From Polyangiales bacterium (lineage in GTDB: Bacteria > Myxococcota_A > Polyangia > Polyangiales > Houyiibacteriaceae), in NCBI GenBank assembly GCA_035466435.1, contig DATIUW010000106.1:422-64421 (forward strand): DNA of 64,000 bases, written 5' to 3'. Both the position numbers and the translations under genes were made by a program. This document shows positions 9,848-19,600 of this stretch, piece by piece (position 1 is the stretch's first letter; each line of letters opens with the position of its first letter). The notes below the pieces were generated by a model, which saw only the letters and a program-made list of their open reading frames with translations, did no database searches and was not told where the DNA came from.

Positions 9848-10405
9848 ATGCTCAACGAGACACTGGAAGAGCTGAACGCATCCATCGACAAGGCACACGA
9901 GTCGCTCAAGCGTGACCTCGCCAGGATTCGCGCCGGGCGCGCCAACCCCGCCATCCTGGACGGGGTTCGCGTCGAGTACTACGGCACACCGACGCCCCTC
10001 AAACAGCTTGCCTCGATTTCGGTTCCCGAACCTCGGATGATCATGCTCAAGCCTTTCGATCGGAGCCAGATACAGCCCATCGAAAAAGCGATCATGGAGG
10101 CGCAACTCGGTCTCAATCCGTCGAATGACGGTGAGCTCATTCGAGTTCCGATGCCTCCGCTGACCGAGGAGCGGCGCAAAGACTTGGTGAAGGTCGCACG
10201 CAAGTCGGGCGAGGAATGCAAAGTGGCAATCCGAAAAGCCCGCCACGATGCCAAAGACATGATCGACAGCCTCCAAAAGGAAGGCGAAGTGGGCGAAGAC
10301 GATGCCGAGCGCGCGCGCAAGGAGCTCGAGGAAATCGTCAAAAACGGCACGAACAAGGTCGACGAGATCGTCGGCAAGAAAGAAGCCGACATTCTAGAGG
10401 TCTGA
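9848..10405 (+). CDS. frr: ribosome recycling factor
   Basis: IRAGRANP, GLNPSNDG, PPLTEERRKDLVK. Confidence 0.98.
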   Translation: MLNETLEELNASIDKAHESLKRDLARIRAGRANPAILDGVRVEYYGTPTPLKQLASISVPEPRMIMLKPFDRSQIQPIEKAIMEAQLGLNPSNDGELIRVPMPPLTEERRKDLVKVARKSGEECKVAIRKARHDAKDMIDSLQKEGEVGEDDAERARKELEEIVKNGTNKVDEIVGKKEADILEV

Positions 10406-10417
10406 GCGAGCCGGTGC

Positions 10418-13303
10418 TCAGAACGGCCTTCCGAAGCTCACGTAGAACGTGGCGCCGCCGCCTGCGTCGAACCCGTATGCGAAGCCGAATCGCAAGGACA
10501 GGGGCTCGGTGTATCCGATCGTGAAGTCCATCAGTAGCTCGAGACCAGCGCCTTTTCGAAAGCTGCCGAAGTCGAGCGGCCCGAAGTACGCATTTCCGTA
10601 GTCGAAGAACACGAGTCCGTACATTCGGTCGAAGAACAGCGGGACCGTTCCCGGGCCGCGAAGCACTCGGGTCAGCGGGAACCGGTATTCGGTCTGAAGG
10701 AGCTGAAAGCGATCGCCAAATATGGAGAAAGCCGGGTAGCCGCGCAGTGCCACGCCGCCCTGCTCCGCGAAGTTGACGAGCTGATCGAACAGCGACGTCT
10801 CCGGAAAGCCCCCCAGCGAGAAGATTCCACGCTCTCCGCGGCTGTCCTCACCCGCTCCGCCTCCGTATCGAAACGCCAGCACGTGGTGCTGCGCCCATGG
10901 CATTTCGATGAAGCGCCTGATGAACCACGATGCGCGAATACTTTCGAATTGGCTGCCAATCGACGGATGCGCGAAGAAAATCGAGGCTCCGAGGGTGCGC
11001 CCTTCCGATGGCGTGTAGTCGTAGAGATGCTGACGCGCATCGTTGTACGACCAGGAGAGACCGATGTCGGCGTTGAGGCCGGTCGCGGGCAGGATGGGAG
11101 GCCCATAGTTCGGATCGAGGGTGCCTTCGAACGCGGACAAGGAGCGCGTCCACGTGAGCCCATAGCTCGCGCTGATTCGATTCGCGTGAAAAGAGCGCGG
11201 GATGACGTAGCCCACCGTCAACCGGCCCCCGTAGGCGTCTTCGACGTTAGGCTGCCTTTGTCCGTTGACGACGAAGCCGCCCCGTGGGGTGACTCGGCGA
11301 AAGAACGAAAGCGAAAGATCCGGTGGCAGGCGACGAAGCGTGTAACGAAGGTCGGCGTTGACATAGCCTTCGGTGAGACTGACTCCGAGCCGGGCGAAAA
11401 AGTCGTGAAACTGTGCTGCATCTTCCCCTCGGGTGAAGATTCCGAGCTGACGCCCGAATGCGTCCTCCTCCAGGTCTAGCCCCCAGAATCGCGGATAGAG
11501 AGTTCGCGCCGCGACATAGCGATCCGGCGAGTCGGGGAGCAGCGTATCGGCGTCACTCGGCGGCGGGCGATCGTCGACGTAGGGCGCGGCCGGACGATCA
11601 TGGTCCGACTCGAGCTCGAGCAGGTAGATGTCGTAGCCACGGCTGGTGTAACCGATGTAAGCGAGGTGCGTTCCATCAGGCGACGGCGCAGGTGTATATG
11701 CGCCGGAGACCACGTTGGTAATCTGCGTGATCTCGCCGGAGCCTGGCTCCCAGGCATGGATGTTCGCGATGCCCGTGCGATCGCTCGAAAAGTAGAGGCG
11801 GCTTCCATCCGGCGACCAAGCGGGCCCGGTGTCCAGCGCCCGGTCGTGGGTGACCTTCACAATCTCTTTCGATGCGAGATCGATCACGTGGATGTCGCGA
11901 TACCCTCCTTTGCGCCAGGCGCTGTATGCCACTTTGGTGCCGTCGGGGGAGAAGCGCGGCGTATACACCTGTTCGAATCGGTCGCTTGGAACGAGTAATT
12001 CTTGGGTGCCTTCGATGTCGTCCAGCCGGGCAACCCAAAGGGTTTGCGTGCTGGAATCGTTGCGAACGTACGTGACGAGACGCCCGTCCGGAGAGATGTC
12101 GGGGTAGCGCGCGCGAAGGCCCCGAGTGATCCGCTCGCGCTTCCACACGCCTCGGGGATCGAAGCGGAATAGATCGTAGTACGTATAGATGTTGGTCCTG
12201 TATGCATCGAGGGATTCGAAATAGAGGTCTCCGTCGGGATGCACCACGGGGTAGCTCTCCCCAGCGCTCCGCGCGATCCGCTCGACGTCGTTCTCCTCGT
12301 CCAGCTCGAGCGCTCGAATTTGAGCGTCGCTTCGGCCGTCGCTCACGTAGTAGATCAGCCTTCGGTCATCTGCGAATCGCAATCCACGTACCGTCTCGCC
12401 ATGAAACGTCAGCCGGCGGCCCGCCTTGATTCCTCTCGCCCGGACGCTCGCTTGCACCTCGTCGTAGTGTCGGTGCATGTCTTCGATCCACAGATCGTAC
12501 AGCTCCGCAAAAGTCTTTCCGGTGAGGCGCTTCCCCATGCGATTGACGCTGAACGGAATCGCACGACGTCCGTACCACTCGGTCATCTCCGTGATGATCT
12601 CCTCACCGTAACGGTCGACCAGCCACTGTATGAAGCGCGAACCATACAGGTACCAGATGTCTCCGTGAGGCCAGTAGTCGGTTCGATTGTTCAGGGTATC
12701 GAAGTGCAACAGGTTGTTCTCCAAGAATGCCATCCGCATGTACATCTCGAACTGCGTAGAGCGCATGCGGCCCCCGGCCGTTTCACTCGACTCCAGATAT
12801 GTCGCGATGCCTTCGATGATCCATCGCGGTTGCAAGGCATTGGGCGCCCATATCTTTCCGAAGATCTGATTGAAGATTCGGGGTAGGCCCCCGATGTTGT
12901 CGAGATGCAGGATGTGAGCGTGCTCGTGGGTGACCAGGATTGTCAGCCAGTCATCGAAGTCGCCGAGCACCGACAGGTCGCTCGGTGCACCGACGAAGAG
13001 GCGGATTACGTTGTAGGGCACGGCCGTGGCATTGCCGTTCGCCGTGTCGACCTCGTCGGTGAGAACGATTTGGACTCGCCTCTGCGGCCGGTGTCCGAAG
13101 ATCGGCGCGAGCCGCTCGTGAGTCCGTTCCGCGATTCCGAGGACCCGCCGGGCGACCAGGGCCAGGGGCTCCGGATAGCTGACTTCGAAGTGCTCGCTCT
13201 GGACGGTCCGCCAACGCCTGCCCAGGTCCTTGGTCTGAGCCGCCGCCGGAATCGCCCCCAAAAGCGCCAGCAAGCAAGCGATTGCAGGCGCTGCGCGGGC
13301 CAT
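10418..13303 (-). CDS. Omp85/BamA-superfamily barrel fused to a gluzincin peptidase and a TolB/PD40 beta-propeller
   Basis: Signal peptide; HEHAH...EGIA; repeated P-x-F/W-SPDG; LRGY and EYRFP; C-terminal YVSFGRPF. Confidence 0.85.
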   Translation of the reverse strand: MARAAPAIACLLALLGAIPAAAQTKDLGRRWRTVQSEHFEVSYPEPLALVARRVLGIAERTHERLAPIFGHRPQRRVQIVLTDEVDTANGNATAVPYNVIRLFVGAPSDLSVLGDFDDWLTILVTHEHAHILHLDNIGGLPRIFNQIFGKIWAPNALQPRWIIEGIATYLESSETAGGRMRSTQFEMYMRMAFLENNLLHFDTLNNRTDYWPHGDIWYLYGSRFIQWLVDRYGEEIITEMTEWYGRRAIPFSVNRMGKRLTGKTFAELYDLWIEDMHRHYDEVQASVRARGIKAGRRLTFHGETVRGLRFADDRRLIYYVSDGRSDAQIRALELDEENDVERIARSAGESYPVVHPDGDLYFESLDAYRTNIYTYYDLFRFDPRGVWKRERITRGLRARYPDISPDGRLVTYVRNDSSTQTLWVARLDDIEGTQELLVPSDRFEQVYTPRFSPDGTKVAYSAWRKGGYRDIHVIDLASKEIVKVTHDRALDTGPAWSPDGSRLYFSSDRTGIANIHAWEPGSGEITQITNVVSGAYTPAPSPDGTHLAYIGYTSRGYDIYLLELESDHDRPAAPYVDDRPPPSDADTLLPDSPDRYVAARTLYPRFWGLDLEEDAFGRQLGIFTRGEDAAQFHDFFARLGVSLTEGYVNADLRYTLRRLPPDLSLSFFRRVTPRGGFVVNGQRQPNVEDAYGGRLTVGYVIPRSFHANRISASYGLTWTRSLSAFEGTLDPNYGPPILPATGLNADIGLSWSYNDARQHLYDYTPSEGRTLGASIFFAHPSIGSQFESIRASWFIRRFIEMPWAQHHVLAFRYGGGAGEDSRGERGIFSLGGFPETSLFDQLVNFAEQGGVALRGYPAFSIFGDRFQLLQTEYRFPLTRVLRGPGTVPLFFDRMYGLVFFDYGNAYFGPLDFGSFRKGAGLELLMDFTIGYTEPLSLRFGFAYGFDAGGGATFYVSFGRPF

Positions 13304-13461
13304 CTCCGCCCTTCTAGCACGGGCTCCGAGGGCACCCCCAACACTCGGGGGATCCCCGACTTTCCGTCAAAGGCTTGACCGCATGCATCGCCACCTCCTA
13401 GCCTTAACCCTGATTGGGGGGCGTCGGTTTCGCTACAATGGGGTCTGAGCGAGGGGAGCTG

Positions 13462-14385
13462 GTGATCGAGGGTTTGACGTTGCCACTGGCGCTGCGTTTC
13501 ATCTCAGGGAAGTATCAGGGAGGTGAGTTTCCGCTTCCCGAGGCCGGCGAGATCGTCATCGGACGTTCCAGCGAGCTCGACATGGTCCTCGTCGAAGACA
13601 TGGTGTCGCGGCGGCACGCCAAGATCTCCGTCCACCACGGCGACGTCTACTTGGAGGACCTCGGCTCGACCAACGGCAGCTTCGTCAATGGCGAGAAGAT
13701 CACGCGGACCAAGCTCGCCGAGGGCGATCGCATTCTGATCGGAACCAGCATCATCAAGGTGGTTGCCTCGGACGGCTCCAGCTCGGTGCAGGACGCCCAA
13801 GCCAAGATGGACGCCGCTGCGAGCGCGCGTCCGTCGGCGGCCAAGACGATGACCGGCTCCATCGCCGAAGTAGCGTTGCCGGACCTCCTTCAGCTCTTTT
13901 CCGCCTCGAAGAAGACGGGCGTCTTGCAGATTACGACCATGACCGACGTCGGCTCGATTTACCTCGAAGACGGGCGAGTGCGGTTTGCCGTCGTCAACGG
14001 CGATGAATCGGTACCTCCCGAGAAGGCCTTCTATCGGATCCTGGTCTGGGACAAGGGCACGTTCGATCTCCTGCCGAAGGTAGAACGGGAATTTCCCGAA
14101 GAGATTCAGAGTAGCATCGAGGGACTCCTGATGGAGGGAATGCGGCAGCTCGACGAGATCCGCCGACTCGGAGATGCGCTGCCGCCTTTGCAGTCGCGGA
14201 TCGTGCTCCCCATGCCTCTCGACAAGCCGCTGCGTGACGCGTCACCCGAAGAGCTCGACGTGATCCAGCTCGCCCTGAACCACGAGACGCTGGCCGACAT
14301 GATGAATCACAGCGGCAAACCCGATCCCGATGTGGCCGAGCTCGTCGTTGCGTTGCTCGAAAAAGGATATCTCGTCGCCGACTGA
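13462..14385 (+). CDS. FHA domain plus DUF4388 domain protein
   Basis: IGRS...VSRRHA...DLGSTNG (FHA); MTGSI...LPDLLQL...KTGVL...LLMEGMRQLDE (DUF4388); start approximate. Confidence 0.88.
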   Translation: MIEGLTLPLALRFISGKYQGGEFPLPEAGEIVIGRSSELDMVLVEDMVSRRHAKISVHHGDVYLEDLGSTNGSFVNGEKITRTKLAEGDRILIGTSIIKVVASDGSSSVQDAQAKMDAAASARPSAAKTMTGSIAEVALPDLLQLFSASKKTGVLQITTMTDVGSIYLEDGRVRFAVVNGDESVPPEKAFYRILVWDKGTFDLLPKVEREFPEEIQSSIEGLLMEGMRQLDEIRRLGDALPPLQSRIVLPMPLDKPLRDASPEELDVIQLALNHETLADMMNHSGKPDPDVAELVVALLEKGYLVAD

Positions 14386-14495
14386 GTGAGCCCGCGCGAC
14401 CGTCAATCAGGGCCTCCGTGCAGGGGGGGACCTTCTTGACACTCCCGGGGGGCAAGGTTACTACGCCGCGTCCGCCGCGGCCGAGATGCTGAACT

Positions 14496-15224
14496 TTGTT
14501 GCCCAAAACTCACATCATCATTCCCTGCTACAATGAAGCCGAGCGTCTGCCCCGAAACGAGCTGCTCGGATTTCTCGAAGCCAATTCCTGGGTCACCATG
14601 GGGTTGGTCAACGATGGGAGCACAGACGACACGATTGGGCTGCTCGAGGAGCTGCAAGCGAAGCACCCCGACCGCATCGACGTCCACGACCTGAGCCCAA
14701 ACGTGGGCAAAGCCGAGGCCGTACGTCGGGGCGTGCTTGGCACGGTAGGCCGCGACTTCGATTGGATTGGCTATTTGGACGCCGATTTCTCGACTCCGCC
14801 AGAGGCCTTCGAAGCCATGCTGGGCGCCGCGGCGCCACAGCATCGAGTGCTCGTCGGTTCGCGCGTGCTGCGCGCTGGGGCGAACATAGAGCGCAGCACC
14901 TCTCGGCACTACGTCGGCCGCGTCTTCGCGACCGTCGCTTCGGTCACCCTACACATGTCACTCTACGACACGCAGTGCGGAGCCAAGCTCTTCGAGCGCG
15001 GCATCGTGCCCGAGTTGTTCTCAGAGCCTTTTCTGACCCGCTGGCTCTTCGATCTAGAGCTGCTGATGCGGTTGCGGAAGCTCGTGGGACCCGAGGAGTT
15101 CGAGAAGATCGTGTACGAGCACCCGTTGAGTCAGTGGATCGAGAAGGGCGACTCACGCATCCGCGTCCGGGATGCATTTGCCGTGCCCTATGATCTCATG
15201 CGCATTCGTCATGCCTATCGATGA
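14496..15224 (+). CDS. GT2 polyprenol-phosphate glycosyltransferase (DPG/DPM synthase-like)
   Basis: IIPCYNEAERL, VNDGSTD, YLDAD, DTQCGAKLF, WLFDLEL. Confidence 0.9.
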   Translation: MLPKTHIIIPCYNEAERLPRNELLGFLEANSWVTMGLVNDGSTDDTIGLLEELQAKHPDRIDVHDLSPNVGKAEAVRRGVLGTVGRDFDWIGYLDADFSTPPEAFEAMLGAAAPQHRVLVGSRVLRAGANIERSTSRHYVGRVFATVASVTLHMSLYDTQCGAKLFERGIVPELFSEPFLTRWLFDLELLMRLRKLVGPEEFEKIVYEHPLSQWIEKGDSRIRVRDAFAVPYDLMRIRHAYR

Positions 15225-15266
15225 TTGAGGTCTCGCACGGCGAGCTGAGAAGGTGAATCGGCCAAG

Positions 15267-17246
15267 ATGAAGCTTCGTGAGATTTCGTGGCCACGCGCCA
15301 TCCAGCTAGCATCCGGCGTCGCGCTCATCAGCACCGCCGCGATGAGCGTCACTTTTTGCGTGAATCTGCTGCTGATTGACGACCCGACGAAGCTTTTCAC
15401 CGGCAACAAGCTGGCTGCGGCCGAACGCAACTGGTTCACCGTCTCGATGCTCGCGAGCTTCGTCGTCCCGTGGCTCGTCGCAGCACCGTGGTCGATGAGG
15501 AAACCCTTCGCGGAAGTGTCAGCTTCGGTTTGGCGCTGGGGGCATCGAGTTGCGCCACTGATCCTCTTCGGCGCCGCCGCTCCCATGCTCGATCGTGCTG
15601 CATATTCGAATGATCCAATCACGACCCTGCTGTGGACTCTAATCGTCGGACTGCTCGCCGCATCGTTGTTCCAGCGTGCCTTCGACGAGGGCAGACTAGG
15701 CGTCAAGCTTTCCTCACCTCTCGAACGAAGCAGAGCTTGGGACTGGCTGCCTCCGACGCTGGTCACGGTCGCATGCGTCTTGCTTTTCGCGCACTTCGCC
15801 GTGTATTCGGTGATGCGTCACTATCAAATGGAATCGCGATCTTACGACCTCGCGATCTTCGACAACATGATGTGGAACCTCGTGCATGGCGAAGGTTTCC
15901 GTTCGAGTCCCGCCTTTGGGCCGGAAGGCAATCACCTCGCTAGGCACGCGACCTTCGGCGCGCTGCTACTGGCGCCAATCTACGCGTTGCGCCAACAGGC
16001 CGACACCCTCCTGATCGTGCAGGCACTCATGGTCGCCAGTACGCCCATCCCGATCTATTTGATGGTGAAGCGCATGGTTCGCAGCGCTTGGATCGGGTGC
16101 GTGATGGGTATCTGTTACGCGATCTATGCGCCCATACACGGTGCGATATTCTACGATTTTCACTTCTTGACGACGGCCCAGCCGCTCATTGCGTGGGTGT
16201 TTTACCTGATGCTCACCGACAAGACGCGGGTTTTGGCGCTTGTCACCGCGATTGCGCTCGCGTGGCGTGAGGACATCGGTGCCGTGCTCGCAGCGGGCGG
16301 CGCGATCATCTTCTTGCGTGGCGTCCATCGGACCAGAACGTTCGTCTTGATGGCGGTTTGCTCCGTTTATTTCTTGGCCATGAAGTTTGCCATCATGCCG
16401 CTGTTTGGAGAGCCGTCCAGCTTCGCGTGGGTCTACAAGGATTTGTGGCCAGAGCAGCAACGAAACTTCGGCGGCGTTCTGCAAACGTTGCTGACGAACC
16501 CGACCTATTCGTTCGAGACGTTGCTCGACAAGCAGAAGCTCGTCTTCGTGCTGCAACTCTTCGTGCCGCTCTTGTTTCTGCCGGTCCGGCATCGATTCGC
16601 CTGGGTGGCCCTCACGCCGGCCGCGCTCTTCACGCTTTTGGCCACCAAGTATCCGCCCGTGTATCAGACATCGTTTCAGTACACGGCCTATTGGGGTCCT
16701 TCCATGTTCTTGGCGACCGCCGTCGTATTGCAGGAACGATTCGTCGAGCAAGGAAGACGGAGCGCGCTTCACGCAAACGTAATCGCGATCCTGTTGGCCG
16801 GGGCCCTCGTGAGCTTCCACTTCGGCTCGGTGTTCGAAAGCAAGAGCTTTCGAGGAGGCTTCGGGCGCGTCCGATTCGACTGGACGAAACAGGACGCGAG
16901 CGAGCTGGCCGCCTTCCGTCGGCTGGCTGCCATGGTGCCGCGCGACGCCAGCATCGTAGCCACCGAAACGGAGACCCCGCATCTGAGCAATCGACGAGAG
17001 TGTTTCACCATGCGCATCGGATACTTCGATGCCGACTACATGTTGGTGAAGACGAGCGAGATCCGAGCGGACCGACGGGGACGACAGCATTTCGTCGATG
17101 CGTTGGAGACCGGTGAGTACGGTTTGTTGGAAGTGGATGCGCCGTTCAGCCTGTGGAAGCGCGGCCACCCCACGGACCGAAACGACGAGGGTCGGCGTCT
17201 ATTGCGGCTGCCCCGCCCTCGTCCGAAAGAGCCAGCGAAGAAGTAA
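15267..17246 (+). CDS. DUF2079-like polytopic membrane protein (putative GT-C glycosyltransferase)
   Basis: Many TM helices; YDLAIFDN, YDFH, WRED, FQYTA motifs; follows the GT2 gene. Confidence 0.75.
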   Translation: MKLREISWPRAIQLASGVALISTAAMSVTFCVNLLLIDDPTKLFTGNKLAAAERNWFTVSMLASFVVPWLVAAPWSMRKPFAEVSASVWRWGHRVAPLILFGAAAPMLDRAAYSNDPITTLLWTLIVGLLAASLFQRAFDEGRLGVKLSSPLERSRAWDWLPPTLVTVACVLLFAHFAVYSVMRHYQMESRSYDLAIFDNMMWNLVHGEGFRSSPAFGPEGNHLARHATFGALLLAPIYALRQQADTLLIVQALMVASTPIPIYLMVKRMVRSAWIGCVMGICYAIYAPIHGAIFYDFHFLTTAQPLIAWVFYLMLTDKTRVLALVTAIALAWREDIGAVLAAGGAIIFLRGVHRTRTFVLMAVCSVYFLAMKFAIMPLFGEPSSFAWVYKDLWPEQQRNFGGVLQTLLTNPTYSFETLLDKQKLVFVLQLFVPLLFLPVRHRFAWVALTPAALFTLLATKYPPVYQTSFQYTAYWGPSMFLATAVVLQERFVEQGRRSALHANVIAILLAGALVSFHFGSVFESKSFRGGFGRVRFDWTKQDASELAAFRRLAAMVPRDASIVATETETPHLSNRRECFTMRIGYFDADYMLVKTSEIRADRRGRQHFVDALETGEYGLLEVDAPFSLWKRGHPTDRNDEGRRLLRLPRPRPKEPAKK

Positions 17247-17255
17247 GGTGGGCAT

Positions 17256-17600
17256 CTACCGCTCCTCGCCGTCGAAATGGCGCCGCAGCGCCCGATAGGC
17301 CCTGGTGAGGGAGTCCGTCAGCTCTCGAGCGGCGCGGTGACGCTCGGGGTCCTCGGTGTGTCGCTCCGGACGGTACTGCTCCAGCAGACGTTGATACGCG
17401 TGCTCCACGTCCGTCCACGTGGCCCCTGGGCTCAGCTCCAGATTGGCGAGGTACTGCTTCACTCGCGCCCATCCGGGGCGGCTTTGCTCCGGTTCTTCCG
17501 ATCCCTGGCGCCGCCTGCGTTCTTCGAGGAGCTCTGCGTCCGTGAGCTCGGCGAGCTTCTTACCCGAAGGCCCGAAAGGCCCGTCACTGAGTCGGCTCAT
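17256..17600 (-). CDS. small J-domain-like protein with HPD replaced by RPE
   Basis: YLANLELSPGATWTDVEHAYQRLLEQYRPERH...AYRAL follows the J-domain helix pattern. Confidence 0.7.
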   Translation of the reverse strand: MSRLSDGPFGPSGKKLAELTDAELLEERRRRQGSEEPEQSRPGWARVKQYLANLELSPGATWTDVEHAYQRLLEQYRPERHTEDPERHRAARELTDSLTRAYRALRRHFDGEER

Positions 17601-17926
17601 GGGCGCACGGCACCATGAAGCGTCAACAGTCGAACGAGCAAGTCTTCCGAGTACTTCGTCAGCGTCGTGAACGCCACCCCCATTCCGGGCGGATCTTCTT
17701 GCACGCGCACGACTTCACCGGTGCCCTCGATGACCTCGACGTCGTCCATGATGACCGTGAACTTCAAGTCCACCTCGGTTCCGACCGGTAGGGGATCTTT
17801 GGAGCGAATGAAAACGCCGGATCGCGACACGTTGGTGACGTACTCGTGGACGAATGCATCGAAAGACTCGAATTCCTTGTTGATGGTGACCCGCTTCTCG
17901 ATGCGTTGGTGGTCGTCGCTACTCAT
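17597..17926 (-). CDS. PilZ domain protein (myxobacterial TIGR02266-type)
   Basis: RxxxR (RIEKR), NVSRSGVFI, GEVVRV, GMGVAF. Confidence 0.85.
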   Translation of the reverse strand: MSSDDHQRIEKRVTINKEFESFDAFVHEYVTNVSRSGVFIRSKDPLPVGTEVDLKFTVIMDDVEVIEGTGEVVRVQEDPPGMGVAFTTLTKYSEDLLVRLLTLHGAVRP

Positions 17927-17933
17927 CGAAAGA

Positions 17934-19454
17934 TCAGCCTCCAGTGAGATCGAACTGTTCGAGATGATAGTCGTTCCTCGGATTCAATTCGATACGCCGT
18001 TGAAAGCGGCTGGCAGCCTCTTCCAGCGAGGCTTTTTCCTCGCGTTCCAGCATGTCGCAGACCGCCGGATGGGCGCTGATGACGATCTTGTAGCCAGGCA
18101 GGGAATCGCGCTCTCGCCGCATCTGCCGGAAAATCTCGTGGCAGATCGTCTCCTTGGACTGAAGGCGTCCGGTGCCATCGCAAAAGAAGCACGGCTCGTA
18201 GAGCGTCCCCCCCAACGACTGCCGAGTGCGCTTTCGCGTCATTTCGACCAGACCCAAGTCGCTGATTCGGATGGCAGTGGTCTTGGCCTTGTCGTCCCGG
18301 AGCACATCGAGCAACGCCTTGAACACCTTTTCCCGATGTGCGTGGCGCTCCATGTCGATGAAATCGAGGACGATTAGGCCTCCGATGTTTCGGAACAGAA
18401 GTTGATACGCGATCTCCCTGACCGCCTCGAGATTCGTCTGCAAGATGGTCTGCTCGACGTCTCGGCCTTTGCCGGTGAAGCGTCCCGTATTGACGTCGAT
18501 GGCCGTCAACGCTTCGGCCTGATCGATGACCAGATGCCCACCCGAGGGGAGCGGGACCTTGCGCGACAGCGCGCGTGTGATCTCTTCCTCGATGCCATAC
18601 TCGTCGAAGAGCGGCTCGTAGCCTTCGTAGAGGCGCACGTCGTTCGCGCGTTCCGGAAGAAACAACGTGAGGAACTCCTTGAGCCGTTGATATTGGTTCC
18701 GATCGTCCACGACGATCTCGTTGACGTCCTCGGTGAATAGATCGCGCGCAGACTGAATCACGATGTCGGGCTCTTCGTGTACGAGCGCGGGAATCTTCTT
18801 GACGGAATCGCGGGCGGCCTCGGTCTGCTCCCAGAGCTTCACGAGGTATCCGATGTCGGCTTTGAGCTTCTTCTTCGTCAAGCCCTGGGCGAGCGTTCGG
18901 ACCACGACGCCGCCCTGAGGAGGCTTGACCGACTCGATCACCTCCTTGAGCCTGCGACGCTCGCGCTCGTTACCGATTCGTTTGGAAACTCCGACGTGCT
19001 CCACCGTAGGCATGAAGACGACGTAGCGACCGGGGAGGGCGACGTGGCTGGTCACACGTGCGCCTTTGGTGCCAATGGGGCCCTTGGAGACCTGGACCAT
19101 GAGCTGCTGGCCTTCCTTCAGAAGGTCGCGGATCGGGGTTTTGCGAGATGCCCGATTCCGCCGCGCCCCTCGGCCGTTGCTGCTCTTTGCGTTGCCTTCC
19201 CCTTCCTCGTCGGTCGCACCAGGCTCTGCCAACAGATCTTCGACGTGGAGAAAGGCGGCGCGGTCGAGGCCGACGTCGATGAATGCTGCCTGCATGCCTG
19301 GCAACACCCTCGTCACCCTGCCCAGGTAGATGTTGCCAACAGGGGAGCGATGATGCCGTCGCTCGACATAGAGCTCGCGGAGCACTCCGTCCGCGATGAG
19401 ACCAACGCGCGTCTCTCCGATGTCGACGTTGATCAGAAGTGAATTTTTCGCCAT
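17934..19454 (-). CDS. rng: ribonuclease E/G family (RNase G-sized)
   Basis: GNIYLGRVTRVLPGMQAAFIDVG, AIDVNTG, GGLIVLDFIDM, GLVEMTRKR, CFFCDGTG. Confidence 0.95.
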   Translation of the reverse strand: MAKNSLLINVDIGETRVGLIADGVLRELYVERRHHRSPVGNIYLGRVTRVLPGMQAAFIDVGLDRAAFLHVEDLLAEPGATDEEGEGNAKSSNGRGARRNRASRKTPIRDLLKEGQQLMVQVSKGPIGTKGARVTSHVALPGRYVVFMPTVEHVGVSKRIGNERERRRLKEVIESVKPPQGGVVVRTLAQGLTKKKLKADIGYLVKLWEQTEAARDSVKKIPALVHEEPDIVIQSARDLFTEDVNEIVVDDRNQYQRLKEFLTLFLPERANDVRLYEGYEPLFDEYGIEEEITRALSRKVPLPSGGHLVIDQAEALTAIDVNTGRFTGKGRDVEQTILQTNLEAVREIAYQLLFRNIGGLIVLDFIDMERHAHREKVFKALLDVLRDDKAKTTAIRISDLGLVEMTRKRTRQSLGGTLYEPCFFCDGTGRLQSKETICHEIFRQMRRERDSLPGYKIVISAHPAVCDMLEREEKASLEEAASRFQRRIELNPRNDYHLEQFDLTGG

Positions 19455-19600
19455 TCGTATTTCCGTTGTGAGCGTTCGCGGTGATCGGGCGCGGTCGACC
19501 GAGCCCGTGGGCTCCAGGTCGACGGTTCGCGGAGCGGTGAGTCCGTCCCGGCGTGGTGGTGCCGAGCGCGCAGTGCCAACGTACAAGCTCCTCGGAAGGG

